Shown: positions 61,101 through 64,000 of the stretch, in pieces | How positions within the stretch are numbered: the stretch's first letter is position 1 | Layout of the letters: the number at the start of each line of letters is the position of its first letter | Assembly: GCA_947313885.1 (NCBI GenBank) | Contig: CAMZNU010000020.1 | Coordinates: 437-64,436, forward strand | Direction of reading: 5' to 3' | From: an uncultured Clostridia bacterium | Lineage (GTDB): Bacteria; Bacillota; Clostridia; Lachnospirales; CAMZNU01 | DNA length: 64,000 nucleotides | Notes under the pieces: generated by a model | The model's input: the letters and a program-made list of their open reading frames with translations, nothing else | What the model was told of the DNA's origin: nothing | The model's database searches: none | Position numbers and translations under genes: made by a program

Positions 61101-61550
61101 CAAATTTAAAGAAGTTTCTAATAATATATTACTATATAACTTGTTTGAATTCAATTTTTGTTGTATAAATATATATATTTTGTATGTTTCTTTATATTTA
61201 GTTGTATTTCTTGTATATGTTTTATAGTTATATTTTAATTATCATAGATATTTACTTATATTGTTTTCTTATATTGTTTTCTTATATTATATATATTTAT
61301 ATTTTCACAATATAATAATTCGATAAATAACATTTCTATATCGTACATTAGTACTATTTTTCATTATCATCTACACATTCTAAAAAATATCATTACAAAT
61401 AATTATATAATAAATAATTTTTAACTTAATATATTTTAGATGTATAATTTTATTTAATGCACAAAAAAACCTATAACTTTGCACACTTTTTTACTGTGTC
61501 TAGTTTATAGGTTTTTATATGTTAAATCATACTACTTTTAAACATCATTT

Positions 61551-62651
61551 TTATTTACTTACCATTTCTACATATAAATCTACATTCATACCTGTGCCTA
61601 TTGGTAAATCATATACTATAACTTTTTCTACTTCTTCTTTTTTTAAATCCCACACTACTATTTCGGATTCACTTCTATCAAAATTTCTTTGATTTATCAG
61701 GTACATCTTGTCACCTTCTATTACACTATCTAGATAAAATGAATCTTTTTTTATACTGTCACCTTCTATTTTACTTTCCCCAACTACTTCACCATCTTTG
61801 TCTATCTTTAAAATTGTTTCATATGACGTTACACAATAAATAATATCATTGTACTCTTGCATATTCATAATATACGCATAGTTCCTGTTTTCTTCTTTAA
61901 GAAGAGTTTCTGATAAGTCAATATATTCAACATTTTTATTTTTTATATCATACATTGCCATTAGCAAATCACTATGCAAAGAAGTTCCCATATATATTTT
62001 ATCATCACTTATTAGCATATTTGTAATGTACACGTCAGTTTCTATAATATCCTCTATTTCAAGGGTATCAACATTTATTTTGTATATTGATGAATATTTT
62101 CCTTCTCCTCCGTCAATATACATATAATTCTCATTAAACGTATCAAACTCACCCCATACATGATCTTTCGGTAACTCTACACTTTTAACAGGTGTATTAC
62201 CTTTTTCTAAGTCGAATACTTCTAGCCTATCGTTATTGCCTCTCATACTTACACGAGAGTAAATTTTATCTTTATATACTCCTACACCCTTTATATATGG
62301 TTCTTCTACTTCACTTCGTAATACGACGTTGTTTTTTTTGTCATCAAAATCTAATACCTTTACCCCTTCCTTTCCAAATCCTCCAAGTGCTCTATATCCT
62401 CCATATACATAAGCGTTTTTGTATTTAGCTGTTTCTGTAATTGCATCCATATTAATTTTCTCTTTATTAATTATATTACCATCAATATCTATCGTATACT
62501 GAACGCTTTTCATACTAACTATCGACGGATAGTGTGTAAAATGTACTTTGAAAACAGGCTCTTTTTCTTCACTAACTTCTAACGTTTTTTCACTACTACA
62601 ACTAGCTAGTATTAGTGATAGCCATATTACTATAAATATTTTCTTTTTCAT
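61551..62651 (-). CDS. Hypothetical lipoprotein
   Basis: It has a signal peptide with a lipobox (LILASCSS). The 366-aa protein looks beta-rich. I did not recognise the family. Confidence 0.6.
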   Translation of the reverse strand: MKKKIFIVIWLSLILASCSSEKTLEVSEEKEPVFKVHFTHYPSIVSMKSVQYTIDIDGNIINKEKINMDAITETAKYKNAYVYGGYRALGGFGKEGVKVLDFDDKKNNVVLRSEVEEPYIKGVGVYKDKIYSRVSMRGNNDRLEVFDLEKGNTPVKSVELPKDHVWGEFDTFNENYMYIDGGEGKYSSIYKINVDTLEIEDIIETDVYITNMLISDDKIYMGTSLHSDLLMAMYDIKNKNVEYIDLSETLLKEENRNYAYIMNMQEYNDIIYCVTSYETILKIDKDGEVVGESKIEGDSIKKDSFYLDSVIEGDKMYLINQRNFDRSESEIVVWDLKKEEVEKVIVYDLPIGTGMNVDLYVEMVSK

Positions 62652-62662
62652 AATTCTCCTTT

Positions 62663-63148
62663 TTATATGCTAGTAGTATCTCCATCCTTTCTTATGTCAG
62701 TTGGGGTTACTACGTATCCTCCATTTCTATCTAAATCATACCCCATTATTTTCCACGCTTTCCAAACAAGTTGTGAACAGTAGAATTGATCCGTTCTATT
62801 TTTATTATAAAAATCAGAGCTATATGGTTTTCCTTCCTGTCTCATTGCATATCTAAGCGCAGCTTCACCTTTATTTTTACTAGTTCCTTTTACCGCGTAT
62901 TCATTCCGACCATATGATTTTATCCACATACCCATGCTAATTTTACTAACACCGTCTCTTGGAACGCTGTGAATAACATAATCATCATCCATTACTATCC
63001 CCGCATGACCTACAAAAAAATTTGTAGGTCCTTTTCTTCCTATCAAAATATTACCTGCTCTTCCAGCCTCATTAATCGTGACTCTTCTTAATCTATTATT
63101 ATTTTCATTTGTTTTATATACTTCTTCACCTAACTCCATATTAGCCAT
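62663..63148 (-). CDS. YiiX/YaeF-like permuted papain-fold (NlpC/P60 superfamily) hydrolase domain protein. It may be the 3' part of a disrupted longer gene.
   Basis: His comes before Cys in GHAGIVMDD ... FYCSQLVWKAW, the permuted NlpC/P60 arrangement. The frame stays open for 48 codons upstream of the ATG. Confidence 0.6.
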   Translation of the reverse strand: MANMELGEEVYKTNENNNRLRRVTINEAGRAGNILIGRKGPTNFFVGHAGIVMDDDYVIHSVPRDGVSKISMGMWIKSYGRNEYAVKGTSKNKGEAALRYAMRQEGKPYSSDFYNKNRTDQFYCSQLVWKAWKIMGYDLDRNGGYVVTPTDIRKDGDTTSI

Positions 63149-63295
63149 TACCTTGTCGTCTTCGCTAGCGTTCGCTTCTTCTTCTTCTTGTCTATCTGTA
63201 TGTGCTGCTGATATTAACCTATCTAACTTTATACCTTCTTCTCTATCTTTTACTAGCTCGTCTATAATATCTTCTGTTAGAGTATTTCGTATTTA

Positions 63296-63758
63296 TTCTA
63301 TACTTAATGATACGTCTTCGATTGCTTGTTTTTTTATTTCTTCCGCTATTTCATTTTGTCTCTCTTTTTTTGCTTTTAATTCTCTTATTTCTTTTGTTTC
63401 TTTTGTTTCTTTTACTAATTCTACTTCTACTTCTTTCTCTGCTTCTAATTCAACTTTTAATTCTTCTAATTCACTTATAAATTCAACAGCTCTTTCATCT
63501 GTAACTTCTACTATTTCTATATGTTCTGGTATTTCTTCTACAGATACGGCTTTTATTTCTAGAGTATTTTCTGGTTCTTCTTTTAGATTGTTAAATATTT
63601 TTGTGCTTTCTTCTTTTGTTAATGTTTCTACGGTTAGTCCTTCTGGTAGGTTTGCAACTTCTACAATTTCAATTCTATTCTCCTCTTCTTTTGCAAATAC
63701 AGATACGTTCCCTCCTAGTACTCCTATTAATATTATTGGTACTAAACTTCGTATTCAT
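63296..63758 (-). pseudogene. 5' portion of an apparently disrupted secreted-protein gene. The SD+ATG is out of frame with a 154-codon open frame that encodes a signal-peptide-like segment plus a Glu/Lys-rich region. That frame ends at an in-frame TAA (63293-63295) and then continues into the YiiX-like ORF.
   Basis: GGAGGGG followed by ATG at 63758 opens only a 27-codon frame. The +1 frame reads LVPIILIGVLGGNVSVFA-KEEE... for 154 codons with no ATG, GTG or TTG. I counted the TAA codon by codon and it is in frame with 62663-63148. The ORF track lists no minus-strand ORF here. Confidence 0.5.
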
Positions 63759-63860
63759 TTTTACCCCTCCATATATATTAATTATACAATAATTGATATA
63801 TATATATTAATGTTATTCTAACATATATTTGTAAATACTTACACAATTTTCTATTTTCGT

Positions 63861-63896
63861 AAAAAAAAAGATTAGCTTTTGCTAATCTTTTTTTAC
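63861..63896 (-). terminator. Intrinsic terminator
   Basis: The stem gattagc / gctaatc has long A and T flanks; read directly. Confidence 0.65.
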
Positions 63897-63910
63897 TATA
63901 CTTTATATTT

Positions 63911-64000
63911 TTAAACTACTTCTTTTTTAACACTCTTTTTAGAAAAATCAACTTCAACTAAAATTACCGCTACTAATATTAGTCCTCCTCCTACTATCAT
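63911..64000 (-). CDS. 3' end of a gene that starts beyond the right window edge. The last 29 codons encode a hydrophobic segment plus a basic tail.
   Basis: The frame is open from the window edge to the TAA at 63911-63913, and a terminator follows. The product cannot be identified. Confidence 0.3.
   Translation of the reverse strand: MIVGGGLILVAVILVEVDFSKKSVKKEVV

Noticed and set aside
63078-63821. A plus-strand 247-aa Ser-rich ORF.
   Set aside because: It is the antisense shadow of the Glu/Lys-rich minus-strand frame (GAA/AAA codons read as TTC/TTT). The minus-strand reading has an SD sequence, a signal-peptide-like segment and continuity with the YiiX-like domain.

Overview
This is an AT-rich chromosomal segment (roughly 25-30% GC by eye, not computed). 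It looks like an endospore-forming anaerobic Firmicute of the Clostridia type, based on a SpoVT homologue, rnfCDGEAB and a GlpP-type glycerol operon. The stand-out feature is at the left end, all on the minus strand. It is a complete class 2 type VI-A CRISPR-Cas locus: cas13a (1472 aa, two R-x4-H HEPN motifs), an intrinsic terminator, cas1, cas2, a 253-bp AT-rich leader with a near-consensus promoter, and an array of identical 36-bp repeats. The array has 11 full repeats plus 1 truncated by the window edge, and 11 spacers of 30-34 nt. Read on the minus strand the repeat is a typical Cas13a/C2c2 repeat (GATGTAGACCACCCCAATATTGAAGGGGACTAAAAC). As a family this system is already described, but this effector is unusually long. 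The extra length is a Lys/Glu-rich N-terminal expansion that contains in-frame tandem DNA repeats. Most spacers are clearly more GC-rich than the host DNA. The rest of the window is ordinary core genome: codBA, nox, a long relA-dtd-MBL-MBL-hemZ-hisS-aspS-alaS gene string, an RND efflux pair, addA without addB, yajC-tgt, an RNA methyltransferase, rnfCDGEAB, spoVT, asnS, a Cys-rich unknown protein, rpsO-pnp plus a Fur-family regulator, uppP, a DEAD-box helicase, a glycerate utilisation cluster and a glycerol operon. Near the right end is an apparently disrupted secreted YiiX/NlpC-P60-like gene. I recognised no tRNA or rRNA genes, transposases, integrases or prophage genes. All protein identifications rest on motifs and remembered homologues. 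No database search was possible.
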